Assembly (NCBI RefSeq): GCF_020745735.1
Contig: NC_083418.1
Span: forward strand, 5,677,374 to 5,741,373
From: Hemiscyllium ocellatum
Taxonomy: Eukaryota
Reading direction: 5' to 3'
DNA: 64,000 nt
How positions within the stretch are numbered: the stretch's first letter is position 1; each line of letters starts with the position of its first letter. This document shows, piece after piece, positions 23,730 to 37,700 of the stretch. Under the pieces are notes generated by a model. The model saw only the letters and a program-made list of their open reading frames with translations, searched no databases and was not told the origin of the DNA. A program made the translations under genes and the position numbers.

Positions 23730-25530
23730 AGGAAATGCTGGAGTAATTGTGCCATTGCAAGCCACGGGTGAGGTGCTGGAAATCTGGATAGAGGCTAAAG
23801 TGGTGCCATTAATTAATTATTATGGTAAGGAAAAAAAACAGGGAAAGATTGCTCGTTGAACGTAAATCAGGAGTGGTCAAGATGCTCGAGGGAACTTTGA
23901 GGCAAAGGTTTACATGTGTTTGGAAAGGTAAGAAATGACCAGCAATGACCAACATGGCCTTGTGCATGTGAAATCGTATCTCACTATCTTGCTAGTATTG
24001 TTTGAAGAAATGATGAAGAAGATTGGTGAGGACACTGCCTTGGATATTGCGGATAGGAACTCCAGCTAAGCTTTAAATATTGTTCTGCACAGTAGGCTGA
24101 TTAGTAAGATTAGATCACATGGAATCCAGGGAGACCAAACCTTTTCAACATGAAATTGACTTGAAGATAGGAGCCAGCGCGTGATGGTGGAGGTTTGATT
24201 TATGGGTTGAACGCCTGTGACCAGCGGTGTGCCGCAGAGATTGGTGCGGGATCCACTGTACTTTTGTTTTGTCGATGGTGTTACTGATTTGGATTTGAAT
24301 ATTTTTGGAGAAGTTAATACGTTCGCAAATAATACGAAAATTTGTGGGAAAGTAAACAATGACATAAATTATCCCCAAGTACAACTGTATATTTTTCACA
24401 AGGTCCAATGGGCCGGGGAGTAAAAGGTGAAGTTTGTTTTAGAGAAATGTCAGGTTTTGCATTTTGGAAACACAAATCAAGGCAGAACTTTAAGACTTAA
24501 TGGTAGAGTCGGGGTCAATGTTGCAAAACAAATAGACGATTTTCAAGTCGTTGAATCTCAGCAGTGTGGAAACAGGCCATACTGCAAATCGAGTCCACAC
24601 TGACTCTCCAAAGACCATTCCACCAGACACAGTTGTATTCTGTTCCCATAATCAACCTAGCCTGCACATCTTTGGATTCCAGGAGAAAACTACAGCACTG
24701 GGAGCAAACATACACAGACACAGGGCGAATGTGCAAACTCCACACTCAGTCGTTCGAGGCTGGAAACACACCCTCACCCTGGCACTGTAAGGTAGCAGTT
24801 CTAACCACTGACAAACCATGTCGCCTGTGTGCATGTTCACAGTTCCTCAAAGGTGAAGTCACAAGTAGACAGGGTGTTGAAGAAGACATGTTCTCCGCTT
24901 GCTTTTGCTGATCAGTCGATTGAATGTCGAATTTGGATGACATATTGAGTCTGTGCAGGTCATTGGTTGGACCACTATTCAAGCCACATTTGGAATATTG
25001 CGTTCAATTCTAGTCTCGTTGCCAGATGAAGTATGTTGTTAAAATGTAAACGGGTGTAGAAAAGGTTTCTAAGTATGTTTCTGGAGCTGAAAGATTTGAT
25101 CTACAGTGAGAGGCTAGACAGATCGTGGTTTAATTTAACCAGGGTCATCATGGTTAGACCTGATAAACGTCAATAAAATAATGATTCACATGGATAATGT
25201 GAGTTGCCAAATGTTTTCCAGGGTAAAGGAATCCGAAACTAGAGGGCATAAGTTTAAGTTGAGAGGGGAAAGATACTAAAGTGACAAAAGGTGCAACTTT
25301 TAACGCGGAGCTTTTGCATGTCTGGAAAGAGCTGGGAGAGGAACTGGTGGAGGCTGGTGCAATGCATCATTTAAAAGGAATTTGATGGGAACATGACCAT
25401 GAAGTGTACAGCGGATCGACGGCCAAATATTGGCAAATGGATCTACATAAACCAAGGGTGTTTGTTTGGCTTGGACGAAGAGGATCGAAGGAACACTTTC
25501 CGTGCGGTGTATCCCTGTGACTCGATAATG
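23730..25530 (+). mobile_element. Old CR1 ORF2 RT-to-3' fragment
   Basis: ORF 24217..24423 TSGVPQ..FANNTKICG; 3' region ctagagggcataagtttaag. Confidence 0.8.
24550..24820 (-). mobile_element. HE1-type SINE nested in CR1
   Basis: cctgcacatctttgga..gtgcaaactccacac..cctggcactgtaaggtagcagttctaaccactg. Confidence 0.85.
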
Positions 25531-25539
25531 GCAAAATGA

Positions 25540-27382
25540 ATAAAAGGGTAAATCCATGGATTACAAAGGCACTTTAAGAGAGTATCCGAGCCAAAGACGA
25601 AACACACAGATTGGCCAGGAAAAATAAAAGGTCTCAGCATTGCCAGTAGTTCAAAATCCAACAAGGAAGAATCAAGGGATTGATTAAGAAGGGGAAAATA
25701 CAGAACGAAAATAAGCTTGCAGGGAACTTAAAAACTGGCACTACTAATTTCTATGGAGACACGGAGAGAAAATGATTTGTGATGGCTAATATAGTTCCCC
25801 ACAGACAGAAACGGGAAAAAGTACAATAGGGAAAAAATAAATGGCTGAGAAACTGAGGACATACCTTAGTCTGTCTTCACAAAGAGGACACAAATCAGAT
25901 ACCAAAAATATTGCCGAATGCAAGGTTCATTCAGGGGAATGAACTGAAGGAGATAAATATTAGCACTTAAATGGTGCTGGGAAAATTGAGGGCACTGAAG
26001 GAGAATAAATCCGCGGAGCCTCGAAACTACTTTCCAGAGTACATAATGAATTGGCTTTAGTAAGAACGGATGCACTGGAGGTCATCTTCCAGGATTCTAT
26101 AGGCTGAGGGAAAGTCCCTGCAGATCGGAGGATACCTAATGTTCCTCCAACATTCCAAGCGGGAGATACAAAGATACCAGCGAAATATATACTATTAAGT
26201 GGGGAAAATTCTCGAAACATAATCAAGGACTTAATGGATAAGCATTTCGAAAGGAATGGCTGGATTAGACAGAGTCAGCGCGCATTTATGAAGGGGAAGT
26301 CATGTTTGAAAAGTCTGTCGGAATTCTCGGAAGAAACAGCTAGTAGTTTTGATAAAGGGGAGGTATTCGACGTGGTATATTTGGAATTTCAGAATACATT
26401 TGATAAAGTCCTTCAAAAGAGATTAATTTGCAAGATTAAAGTGCACAGAATTGGGGGAAATGCATTGAGATGACTAGGAAACTAATTGGCATCACAAATT
26501 CTGCAGATGACACCGAGTTGCGTAGGTGTTTGAAATGTAATCCTCCAGCATTATCTGGCCAAGTTGGGTGAGTGGACAAACCAATGGCAGATGCAGCATA
26601 ACTTAGATAAACGCGATGTTATTGATTTTGGAAGCACAAACACGAAGGTAGATTGCAACATGAATGTGTGCAATCGGGAGGTACCGGGGAGTCTTTGTGC
26701 ACCAATCACGAAATTAAAAATGCAGATCCAGCTGGCGGTAAAGAAGGCAAATAATATGAAGGCCTTCATTGCGAGAGATTGCGAGAAGAATATTATGGAT
26801 GTGTTATTGCACTAATACAGGATCTTGATGAGGCCACAACTCGAATACTCTGCGCAGTTTTGTTCTCGTTTTTTGAGGAAGACAGCTCTTGCGCTCGACT
26901 GAGTGTAGCAAATGTTTACCAGATTGAATCCAGGTATGACGGGAATTACAGAAGAGAAGGCATTGACAAGATTAGGATTTATTTCGCTGGGCTTCAGATT
27001 AATGAAGGCGGAATCTCATGGAGACTCATAGAATTCTCGTAGAACTATACAGGACAGACACAATGAGGATTCTCCCACCAGTGATGAAATATGAGTGACA
27101 GTCTGAGGATTCGGTTTATCCATTTGAATTGGAGATGAAGAGACATTTCTTCGCGGAAAGAGTGGTGAACCTGTGGATTTCATATCACAGGAAGACGTTA
27201 ATATCAAAATATTGATATTATTTGGGACGGCTAGAAATAGCAGTTGGGTCAGATTGGATGAAAGGTGATGGGGAGAAAGCAGGATTTAGGATATTGAGGA
27301 GGACGTGATGATTGGTGGAACAGCCTCGAAGTGTCAGAAGGCCTCATCCTGCTCCTGTCTTCTATGATCTATGCTTCTATGT
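25540..27382 (+). mobile_element. Old CR1 ORF2 fragment with tail
   Basis: ORF 26234..26473 SQRAFMKGKSCL..FQNTFDKV; ends ctgctcctgtcttctatgatctatgcttctatg. Confidence 0.85.
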
Positions 27383-27384
27383 AT

Positions 27385-27855
27385 CACTGGAGGAAATCAA
27401 CTGGCCTGTTGACTCTGTTTTACAGGAAGAGGAGGAGGCCAGTCAGGTTTTTGAGTCTGCTAGAGAGGAACAGTAAGATACCATTCCGACAAGAGGAGGC
27501 CAATTAGACTCATGGGTCAGTAACAGAGGAAGAGGAAGAGACCATTCATCCTCCTACATTTTTTAGAGACTAAAAGGAGGAGGCCATCAGACTCCCAAGA
27601 CTGTTGCACGGGAAGAGGAGGAAGCCATTCACCTTCTCGCAGCTGCGGCAGATATTCAGCAGGAAGTATTTGAGCATCCTTCGGCTGTGACATAGAACAG
27701 CAGGACACCATTTAATACCTCGTGTTTATAACAGAAGCAAAGGGGAGGCACAATTTACCTCTCTAATATGCTACCAGGAACACGAGGAGGTCATTCAACC
27801 ACTTGACTCTGTTCATACGAAAAGAAGGAGGCCGTTAACCATCAAGACAGATTCA
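27385..27855. repeat. Degenerate ~40-bp tandem array (~12 units) resembling the CR1 3'-terminal motif
   Basis: Recurring acaggaagaggaggaggcca(t/g)tca....gagtctg at about 40-42 bp spacing. Confidence 0.75.
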
Positions 27856-28029
27856 GAAGAAGCTGGAAGGAATGTGTGGAGAAGATGCTCCCACTAGTGT
27901 TTAATCTACAACTCAGCCACTGAGTTAGTGAAGAGAAGGATTGTTTTAAGGACTTGAGATCAGAGCAAGTTCTACTCAGTCAATGGTGCATATGGCTTTC
28001 ACAGTTCTCTTTCAATATTCTGCAGCCGA

Positions 28030-28800
28030 TCGGTGTCATCCGTGAGCCAAGCACCTGGGAAGTAACATACCATCCGGGGGTCTCGTTGTCGACCACAGAA
28101 CCGCCTGTATAATCCCCTTACAATAGATTCACGTATGACTAAGGCCTAACAAGTCTTTTTTCCGCAGTTCCGAACTGCAGTGTCCATTTCGGTGCCATGA
28201 TCCTGGCAACTGATTCCCTCCCTTGCGAGCCATCTCTCCCAACAATATCCAAAATAGCACACCTGTTTTGAAAGGAGATGAACGCAGGGGACACCTGAAC
28301 TGCCTTACTACTTTTTCTCTGCCTTTTAGTCACCCAATCACTGTGTCCCTCAGCAATTCTCACCTGTGGTGTGACCACTTCACGAAACGTGTTATCCACG
28401 ACCTCCAGAGCATTGCAGATGCTCCACAGTGAGTCCATCCGCAGCTGCAGAGCTGTCATGTTGTCAAAGAAGAGCTGCAGCTGGACACACTTCTTACTAG
28501 TCTAAGAGTTAGTGATGTCAGGCACTTCCCTGAGCTTCCACATCTAGTCTGAGGGCCCCTGTCATTGTAAGCCTTAGCTTTATCTCAACTCACTAAAACC
28601 AAACAATGCACTTAAGTACATGGAGGGAAAGAAAGAAAAAAAAATAACCCTGACCTTAAAGAGTCATTTTTCTTCGAGTTGGTGGAGGGTGGGCGGGAGG
28701 GAGATACTACACATATCGTATCTTGGGTTGAGCCACTGCCCAAATTTGTATTAAGTCATTACCTTCCCGTTAACCTCCTGGACTTCAGCGTCACCTCTGC
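28030..28800 (-). mobile_element. CR1 5' UTR plus ORF1 fragment
   Basis: ORF 28139..28459 FREVVTPQV..WVT..ISFQNRCAILDIVG aligns to ORF1 at 21581-22507; the UTR motif ggagggtgggcgggaggg is shared with 22620. Confidence 0.85.
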
Positions 28801-29399
28801 TCTGTCTACCACTGCTCTTGGACAGGAAAAAAAGTTGTGGGATGAGGCTTGGGACTGGACTCTCAGACGGTAGGCAATTCAGCATGGGGAAATACAGGAA
28901 TAGCGTTGTATGTCAGTGGTTGGTCATCTAGCACAGGGCCAACGCGAGGTCCACTCGAAGGACATTTTCACACTGAGGTGCAATGGGCCGAGGTGCCGTC
29001 ACCGGGGCATTGGACGCGATTTGGACTGTCACTAATTAAGAGCACAAGGGGACACATGCATGTGTATGGTCCGCCGGTGCTTATTCTTTCCCCAGATCTT
29101 CTTCCCAACCTCCAAACCGACAGAGCCCGACATAACTGAAACCTTCAGCTTATGTCCCACTAGCGGGGCTCCCATTGTGACTCTTCACAGGCGGGCAGCA
29201 GCCATGAGTGTGCATTGTGAGAACGTCAGGATTGGCAGTGTTCCCTTATGTGCCCCAGGAGTGGGTTTCGGGGAGAGTACAAAGACGAGTGCAAAAAGCA
29301 TTTCTCATGACCAAAGACTGATGTGTTGCTCTATCCCGTAAACTTGTAGGTTCCTGACGTGGCTCCTCTTAGCCTATGTGAGTGAACATTACCCTCACA

Positions 29400-30720
29400 A
29401 ATAAATTATTCGGAGAGATCTTTCTCAACCATGCTCCAACCAGCGTGTACGTTCGGGTTCAGCCTTTTAGCTCCCATTGTGCTGTTATGCAACACATCAA
29501 CGGAAATCACTGGTTTCGTCTTCGACCCACATCCATCTTTCCAATGCCTTTTCTAAAGTGCCAAGGCTATCACAACATGCAGTGAGAACACTTGAACGTT
29601 TGTCCTTCAGCTTGCTTCATTGCTTTCCCTTTTACCCAAATGTAAACTTGCCCTTACCAAATGATGAGTTCTCTCTTCTCCTCGTTATATCTCCCACAAA
29701 TTGAAATTGATGTCGGAAGTTGGACTTTGATTGATGAAACAACTCGTTATCATCAGCCTTTTCAACTACCACGGTAACACTTTGCGCTCTCTAGTCTTAC
29801 AAAATTTGTCATTATATCACGAAGGAAACTTCTGAAATCCTCCAAAATAATCGGTTTTGTCCGAGTTTCAACTGCTCGATCTATTTTCTATGCCCTTATC
29901 CACGTGCCAACGTTACTTTGATTCTTTCAAAATCAGTGTATGGTTGATCAGGGTCCCTCCTTAGATTACCAAAACCTCGTCTGCACGCTTGTGGTGCTAA
30001 CTCATCTGCACTTAAGATGGAATTCTTTGCCTCCTCATTTTCCCCACATACATCCCCTGACAGTGATGCAAGTAACTCGAGAATTGTATCTACAAACTTT
30101 GTTTGGATCAACAAATCACATATGGTTACCATTCGCGTAATTTGTTTAACTACTTTCTGAAATCACATGAGAATACATTTACCTGCTTCTCATCGAACGT
30201 TGCAATGCTTGCACAAATTTAAACAGACATCCCTGGGGCTTAGCCTACGATAGATTTGCTCGTCATCACTTTCCTGCTCACTAAGGTGACAGTGTTACAT
30301 GTCCTTTAAACTCGACTTCGATGCTAACTTCTGAAGATCAAACTCTTTCTACTTTTCTTCTGTGTAGTTCTCATTTCTTCTGTCTCTTTCTCTTTTAATA
30401 ATACATAGACATCCCTATTCACTTTTCCTTTACTTTTAAACGTACTTCAAATAGTTTCATTTCCTTTTCTAGTTTCTCCTTTGCGTGCCTCGCGAAATCT
30501 CACTACTCCAATATTGCAGTGTTTACATGCACAAGGCATTTAGTGAATACCCATTTTCCCGGCAGCAGCCAGTCTCCCCATTCAGAAAAAGTCAACCTTT
30601 CCCATCGTCTTCGGCTCAAAATTAAAAAAGATGATATGACTTCCTGGATAATGGCGACATTTGCGATACACAGCTCAAAACACCCTCCTGCTCACAACAC
30701 ACCCCTTTAAAAAGAAACAC
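29400..30720 (-). mobile_element. Gypsy (Gmr1-type) gag relic with SCAN-related capsid
   Basis: LLIQTK..ASLSGDV..EEAKNSILSADELAPQACRRGFGNLRR..YTDFERIK, then across frameshifts WIRA*KI..IILEDFRS and EKADDNELFH. Confidence 0.75.
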
Positions 30721-31949
30721 TTCAAATATCCGATGTGTATTGACGGCAATGGGTCCACTGAGAACATCAGGGAGCACAAGCAACAGTTACAATGTCTGAA
30801 CCGGTCAGTGAACCCCACAGTACACACTGTATCATGATGTCCTATAATCGCTCTCCTTTTATGTGATATGCTGCCTACTTTCCATTCGTGTTACAAAGTG
30901 CACATGTTTACATTTATCGACACTGTGTTCAATTCATTAAATTGTTCACATGTCTACATTCATTTGCAGACTCTCCATCTGCTCTTGCTAATGTAACTCT
31001 TTGCCTATAATGATGTCATCACTACATTTAGATACACTGAAATTTTGAGACATCATCAAAATCAGGAAAATCGACATTTCGGGCAAGGGTTTTAATCTGC
31101 TCCTCGGATGTTGCCTGACCTGGTGTGCTTTTTCCAGCACTGCACTCTCGATTCCTTCAGCCAGGCAACAAATGATGGATCAAAGGATCTGCTTCAAAAA
31201 TGCTTAGGAATTATATGTTCTTGCTCTTTAGGGAGTGCAGCGAAGGTTTACCAGGCTGATTCAGGGGATGTTGGGACGAAGATATGCAGAGATTGACTTG
31301 GTGAGGATTGTTACACCAGAGTTCAGAAGAATGATTTGAGGGGTGGGGGGGGGGGCGGGCTGTTGGGTGGTGGAGATCAAATTGAACCTTAAAATATTCT
31401 AACAGGAATAGACAGAGTAGGTGACAAATTTCTCTGATAATGAGAACAAAACTGCACACAGCATTTAAAATGTCACGTCACCAAGGCACAATGCATTCCT
31501 GCTCCTGTACTCAACCTCTCACAATGAAGGCCAATATGCCATCCTTTGGTAACATACTAACGTTACATTGGTTGAAAATACATAATCTAGTCTACATTTG
31601 CGAAAACTTTACAGACAAATCACGCTGATGACCTCTGAGAACCAACGTGGTTTCAAGGAAATATGATGTGCTTCACGTGGACACAGGCACAGAAATATAT
31701 ATGCAGTTACACAAATGAACACACACATACACGCATAAACAAATGAACAAACACTATACAGGATGGCATCATGTGTTTAAGAATATGCAAATCCGCACTT
31801 TGCCAATTACGTCTTGAATCGTGGAGTTGATTTGCAATGGAGATTTGAGAGATCATGTGTCCACTTTCAAGTGGGCCCTATTCTGAGGTAAATCGGAAAA
31901 TACTACTTTTGGACAACAGTTCTCTGTACAATTTCTTCTTGAACATAAA

Positions 31950-34900
31950 TTGTATAAGATAGGAACGGAAGAGACTAATCAGCCTTTCAAGTCTACTCCG
32001 CCATTCATCATCATCATGGCTGACCATCCAGCTCAGTATTCTAATCCTGCTTTCTCAACATAACCTTTTTCCCATTTTCCCAAACGCTATAGCTTGACGC
32101 CTCTTGTGTACATTCCAATTTTGGCATCAACTACTTCATCTGGTAATGGATACCATAGGCTCAAAAGTCTTTGTGGTGAATAAATGTCTCCTTGTCTTTG
32201 TCCTAAATGGTCTACCTTGATTTTTTAGACAGTGACCACTGGTTCTGTACATAACCGCCATCGGGAATATTTCCGTTAATCTACACTTTCTTGTCCTGTT
32301 AAAATTATATAACCTCTTTGAAACTCGTCCACCCTCCATTAGTCTGAAGTCCGGTGGAAACAATTCCAAAGCAGTCAATCTCCTCATATGACAATCCCTC
32401 CATCCCCGGAATCAGCCTGGTAAACGTTCACTGTATTTCCTCGAGAGCAAAAGCATTCTTTTTCAGAAAAGGAGACTAAACAAAACTCAATATTCGAGGT
32501 ATGGCCTCATCAAGGCTCTGAATAACTCTAATGCACATTCCGACTCATATGCTCGAAAGCTCTCTCAATGAAGGCTAATATGTCATTTGCCTTCTTTACC
32601 ACCACCTGCACTTGCATTCTTCCTCCAGCGACTGGTGCACAAAGCCATCCATATCCCACCGTGGACAATTCTCTCCCAATACACAGCCAGTCAGATAGTA
32701 TTCTACCGTCTTGTTTTTGCTTCCAAAGTGAATGTTTATCCAAATTGTATCTGCCAATGGTTTGCACAGTTACCAAACCTGTAGAGATCATGCTGAAGAA
32801 TGTACAAGTGCACATTACAGTTCAGCCTCCCATCTAACTTGATATGATCTGAAAACGCTGTGATGTTACAGTGAGTCCCTTCATCTAAATCGTTAATATA
32901 TATTGCGAGGAGCTGGGGGTCCCAGCAATGATTCCTATGGCACGCATTTGCGAACTGCCTGTCAATGTGACAAGGACTCATAAATTCCTCCTTTTTTTTC
33001 CTCTCTAACAGTCAGTTTCTATCCAACTTATTATACTTCCCGCAATCCAATGAACTTTAACTTTGTACAGCAAAATATGCAGCACGGTGACTCAGTGGTT
33101 GGTGCTGTTTCCCAAACCAGCAGGAACCCGGGTTCGATTACAGCCTCTGGCAACTGTCTATGTGGAGTTTTCACGTTCTCCCCGTGACTCAGTGGGCTTC
33201 CTCTGGGTGCTCCTGTTTCCGCTACAATCCAAAGATGTGCAGGTCAGGTGGATTGGCCATGCTAAATGGTTCAGATTGTTCAGGGGTTGGGCAGGGTAGT
33301 TACATTAATTGGGTGTAAATATAGGATGACATGTTGGGCAATGGATCTGGTTAGGTTACTCTGAATTTGTTGAGTGTGGACATGTTGAGCCGAAGGGCTT
33401 TATCCACATTGTAGGGATACTAATTCTAATCTCTTATGTGGGACTTTGTCAAATGCTTGCTGAAAATCCAAATATACCATATCAACTGACTCCCACTTGC
33501 CAGCTCTACGAGGTGCATCGTCATAGAATTCCAACAGATTCGTCAAGCATGACTTCCCCTTCATTAATCCATGCCCATTCTCTATGATCTTGCTGTTAAT
33601 TCCTAAATGTTTCGCTTTAAAGTCCTTGATAGTGGATTTGAAATTGTTTCACCACAACCGATGTCAGGTGTACCGGTCTATAATTCCTGGTTTTTGTCTG
33701 TCTCCCTTTTTGAATACTGGAGGGACATTCGCTTTTCTTAACTTCGCATGGATTGTACCGGAATGTATAGAATACTGACAACCAGTGCATCCACTCGTTC
33801 AAGAATCACTTCATGAATTACTCTGGCACATAGAATATCAGGCCCTGGGGGTTTCTCCACCTTTACTCACATCAATTTTCCCTGCACCAGTTCTGGACCA
33901 ATGTTGATCACTCCCTGTTCTTCCCTCTCACTAAAAATTGCATTCTACAATATTTCTGGTATCTGATTTGTCTACTGTAGTAAGAGATTCCCACAGCACA
34001 GACAGTCCTTTTCCCAAATTGGTCCATGTGAACCAAAATGGCAATCCATTCTGAACTGATTGATCATTTAAGGTTATGCCAGAACAAGTATGGAATTGTT
34101 TTCTCCGGAGATGGACGTCAGATATGAATTGTTGACATTTCCCCCTGCCATCTTAAACTGATACCCTCAACTCCTCAATTCCTCAACGCTGGGAAACTGC
34201 TGAGTGCATGCCTCTCATCGTCTGCTACATTTTTCACAGATTCCATTTCTGTCTCCTACCCAGTAAATTGTAAGTTCCTGGCTCGTACAAACACTCTGAC
34301 GAGTCCTGGCATTAACCAATTAAATTTCTACTGCACTCTTTTCAGTCGAATAACATCTGTTCTATTGCGATGTATTTAAAAATGAACGCAATAGACCAAG
34401 TGGAACAGTTGTTGCAATTTTCAAATGCATTCCTTGATTTGTTTCCCCATTGTCTATGCCCTGTCATCCCTTGAATTAACTCTCACCAATCCATCAAGTC
34501 CAATTCATGCCTCATATCGTCATAATTTTATTCATTAAGATTCAACACCATTGTCTCAGAATCTACTCCCTCAATCTCTATCTTGATTTTTAAAAGTTCC
34601 ATCATGTCATTGTTGCTCTTCCCCAAGGGATCTTGCACAGCTACTTTGGAAATTATTCGCTTCTCATTATAGAGAATCCAATCCAAGATGGCCTGCTCTT
34701 TAGTTGGTTTCTCCACGTATTGGTAAAGTAAACCATCCCATATACAATCCAGGAATTCCTCCTGTACCCCATTATGATTAATTGTTTAGCAGATTAAAAT
34801 CGTCACTGATATTCCTATATCACCTGCACCCCTAATTTCCTTTTTAGCGCCATTGCTGACATCACTGCCGCATTGTGGGGGTCTGAATATTAATCCCACT

Positions 34901-34960
34901 TATATTTTTGCCCCTTGTTTTTCTTAACTCTAACCATATCGACTGCATATTTTCAGAGCT
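31950..34960 (-). mobile_element. Old CR1 ORF2 (EN to 3' end) with internal insertions
   Basis: EKPTKEQAILDWIL..LGKSNN (34528), NYRPVHLTSVV (33617), IYINDLDEG..FSDHIKL (32736), YRTSGHCLK (32136). Confidence 0.88.
33079..33430 (+). mobile_element. HE1-type V-SINE nested in CR1
   Basis: gcagcacggtgactcagtggtt A box, cccgggttcgatt B box, V-domain tgtggagttttcacgttctccccgtg. Confidence 0.9.
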
Positions 34961-35814
34961 GATCTCCCCAAAAGAGATGAATGAAAATACATGACCAGCA
35001 GTTGACATATTTTGCAATAACGATGACGTTGAGTTGAAGTTAATTAATCTTTTCCGCGTCCAACGAGTTTTTTTTTCATAATACTGCAGCTAAAACCTTA
35101 ATATGATGAGATGAAATAAGTGTGGAATTGCTTTCTCAGTAAATGGACGTCCGATATGAGTTGTTGATATTTTCATCGTAAATGTAATAGCAGTGCTTCT
35201 CCAGGAGGTGGAAGTGAGGACTGATAGTCGACATATTCAAGACTGTTGTGAAACACTGCGAGAATAATTGCAAATTAATTCCCAGTTTTCTTAGTAAGGT
35301 CAATACTCTTGCCCATAACAGCATAACATGTTGTTGGTAGACGTGGCATAATGTAAGTAAGCTTAACTATAACTCAGACATAGGCTTCATCATTAATAGA
35401 TGTAGAGTCCATACAGACAGAGGCCAGAAATACTAAAGGAACGATGACGCTGCTGGAATAATTTTTCGATCATGAAATGATTTATAAAGCATGACAGAGA
35501 TCAGTGGATAATGGTGCATGGAAAGAAAGGCAGCATATTAATCAGTGGCAAATTAATCTTCAAATCAATTGACAGTCCGTTTGGCAAAGGTGATCACAAA
35601 GAAGAATTCATATAGCTTCCTCGAACAATATGTTGTGGATCCAACCTAGAATTCCGATGTTTTGGATCAGATAATATTCAATCAGTCAGATTTTATACAT
35701 GGTGACAGACTGAAAGATTGACTTGGAATTTCAAAATTATAGCAATTCGTTGAGGGGAAGGATCTTACATCAGAAACAAACGTGCTCAGCTAATATTAGA
35801 ACAGACCAGTTTCC

Positions 35815-36020
35815 CGACAGTGTAGAAATAGGCCCTTCGGCCCATTTAGTCAACACCGAACCTTGAAAGAATAACCCACCCAAACCCATTCCCCTCAACC
35901 GACAATCAACCGGCCCATCCCTGACCACAATGGACAACTTTGCGCAGTCACTTCTCCAGACATACACAACCTCAGATCGTGAGGTGACACCCACAGAGAC
36001 AGAGGGACAATGGGAAAATT
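35815..36020 (-). mobile_element. HE1-type SINE, 3' portion
   Basis: acagtgtagaaataggcccttcggccc..cccacccaaacccattcccc..cacagagacagagggac. Confidence 0.7.
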
Positions 36021-36789
36021 TCATTTAAGGAAACAACCAAAAGACAATTCTGAGAGGGGAAGACCTCCAGCTTTCACCTACAGCATAACAGATGTGGCAG
36101 CTTTTCACCAACCTAGCAGCTTCTGCTGAAAGCGAAACTAAATATCCTGGTTCTTTGGGTGGGAGTTTGACCGCACCTATTCAGGGTGCTTCTATTGTTT
36201 CAACTTCAATTTTAAAAAAAACAATGCTTCATAAGTTGTTTATTTTCTCATGAGTTGCTCGGCACTTGTTCCATAATCTCTGTCTCCAAAGAAGCCAAGA
36301 CAAAACACACCTCACAAAGCTACGATATCGTCACACTTTTGAGGTAACTGTTACTTTTAATTATTGGTTTGAAAAGCTCTCACTGCCACTGAAACATTCC
36401 TGTTGTTATCCTGTGTACTATCCATTAACTGGGACTGTTAGATTAGTACACCATTCCATTACAATGGTGCCAAGTGAGAACCAGTGTGGCAGGAAGAAAT
36501 CTCAATTGACCTTGGTCCTTCTGTCTGGAAATGTCTATCTACCTCATGACAAACACCAATCATTAAGAAACAAGAGAACTTGGGTCATGGTGAGTGTAAG
36601 GGAGTGGGAGCTGAGAAGGCAACAGCTGAGCACTGAAGAGAAGGAGGGATGAGAAATGGCGAGAGGGAATGAAACATTATGGGTGGGGATAAGAAGTTCG
36701 AATCCTCTCTGAACCTGAGCAGTGTCACCAACCTGTTAGTTTATACTTCACCATGGTGTTTCACTGGACAGACTCCAACTTTGCATTCC

Positions 36790-37700
36790 ACATATGTGAG
36801 GAAGGGAGCCCTCAGGCACATAAGCCCAGTGGAGGGGTCCTAGACAAATCTACAAATTGATTTGTGGATCCCCTTCTCCCAACTATGAGAGGATATCAGT
36901 AGATCCTGATGATAGGAAATTCGTTCAGTAAATGGGTACAGGGGTTTGCCACTCAAACAGATACCGCTAAGATCACAGCGAAAGTCCTGTTAGGAAAGGT
37001 CTTTACTCATTTGGGTTTACCAAAGCGTATTGAACCATATTAAGGGATGCATTTATGCTCAGGCGATGCAGAATGTCATGACACTGCTCGGGGTTAAACA
37101 AAGGTGCCACATACTCTACAGACACTACCTAGTGGGATAATCAAAAGGATGAATCGATCTTTTGAACAATATGCTGGCCATAATGGTGCAGCAACACCAG
37201 CCCACTTGGCTGATGATTCTCCCTCATATCCTGATGATATTAAGAAACACTATAGCTTCCTGTACAGGACTTAATCCTTATAGAATGATGATAGGCTTGA
37301 AAACTGCATGGCTCAGAACCACTGCTGGGCGTCAAAGTAAGGACCATAAGTGGATGGTATACTAAAAGACAAATAGATACAATAGTTAGTTGACAGCATG
37401 AAAGAAGCAAATTACGTAGCGGTTAATAATATGGAACATAAAATGCAACAGAACAAAAGCTATTTTGACTCAAAAACAGCACTGACAGAATCACAGGTCG
37501 GTCAGCCGGCCTTGATATCCACACATCGAACCACACCATTCTTGACCCCTCGATTTGCCAGACCGTATGACATTATCGATAAAGCCAACCCATCAATATA
37601 CAAGGTGCTAACAGCCCCCAATAAGAGAGAGAGGGACCGCATTAACCCGTTAAAACGATTCATCAAGGAGTGCAGAATGACTATCGTAATAGACACATAA
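36790..37700 (+). pseudogene. Retroviral-type integrase core and C-terminus, disabled
   Basis: GALRHISPVEGS*TNLQID / GYQ*ILMIGNSFSKWVQGF..TAKITAKVLL..GLPKRIE / NNMLAIMV..W..ILPHILM.LRNT..TGLNPY / SYFD..FLTPRFARPYDIIDK (GPY/F motif). Confidence 0.9.

Noticed and set aside
27385-27855. CRISPR-like array
   Set aside because: Whole units are degenerate copies with no unique spacers; vertebrate context and no cas genes.
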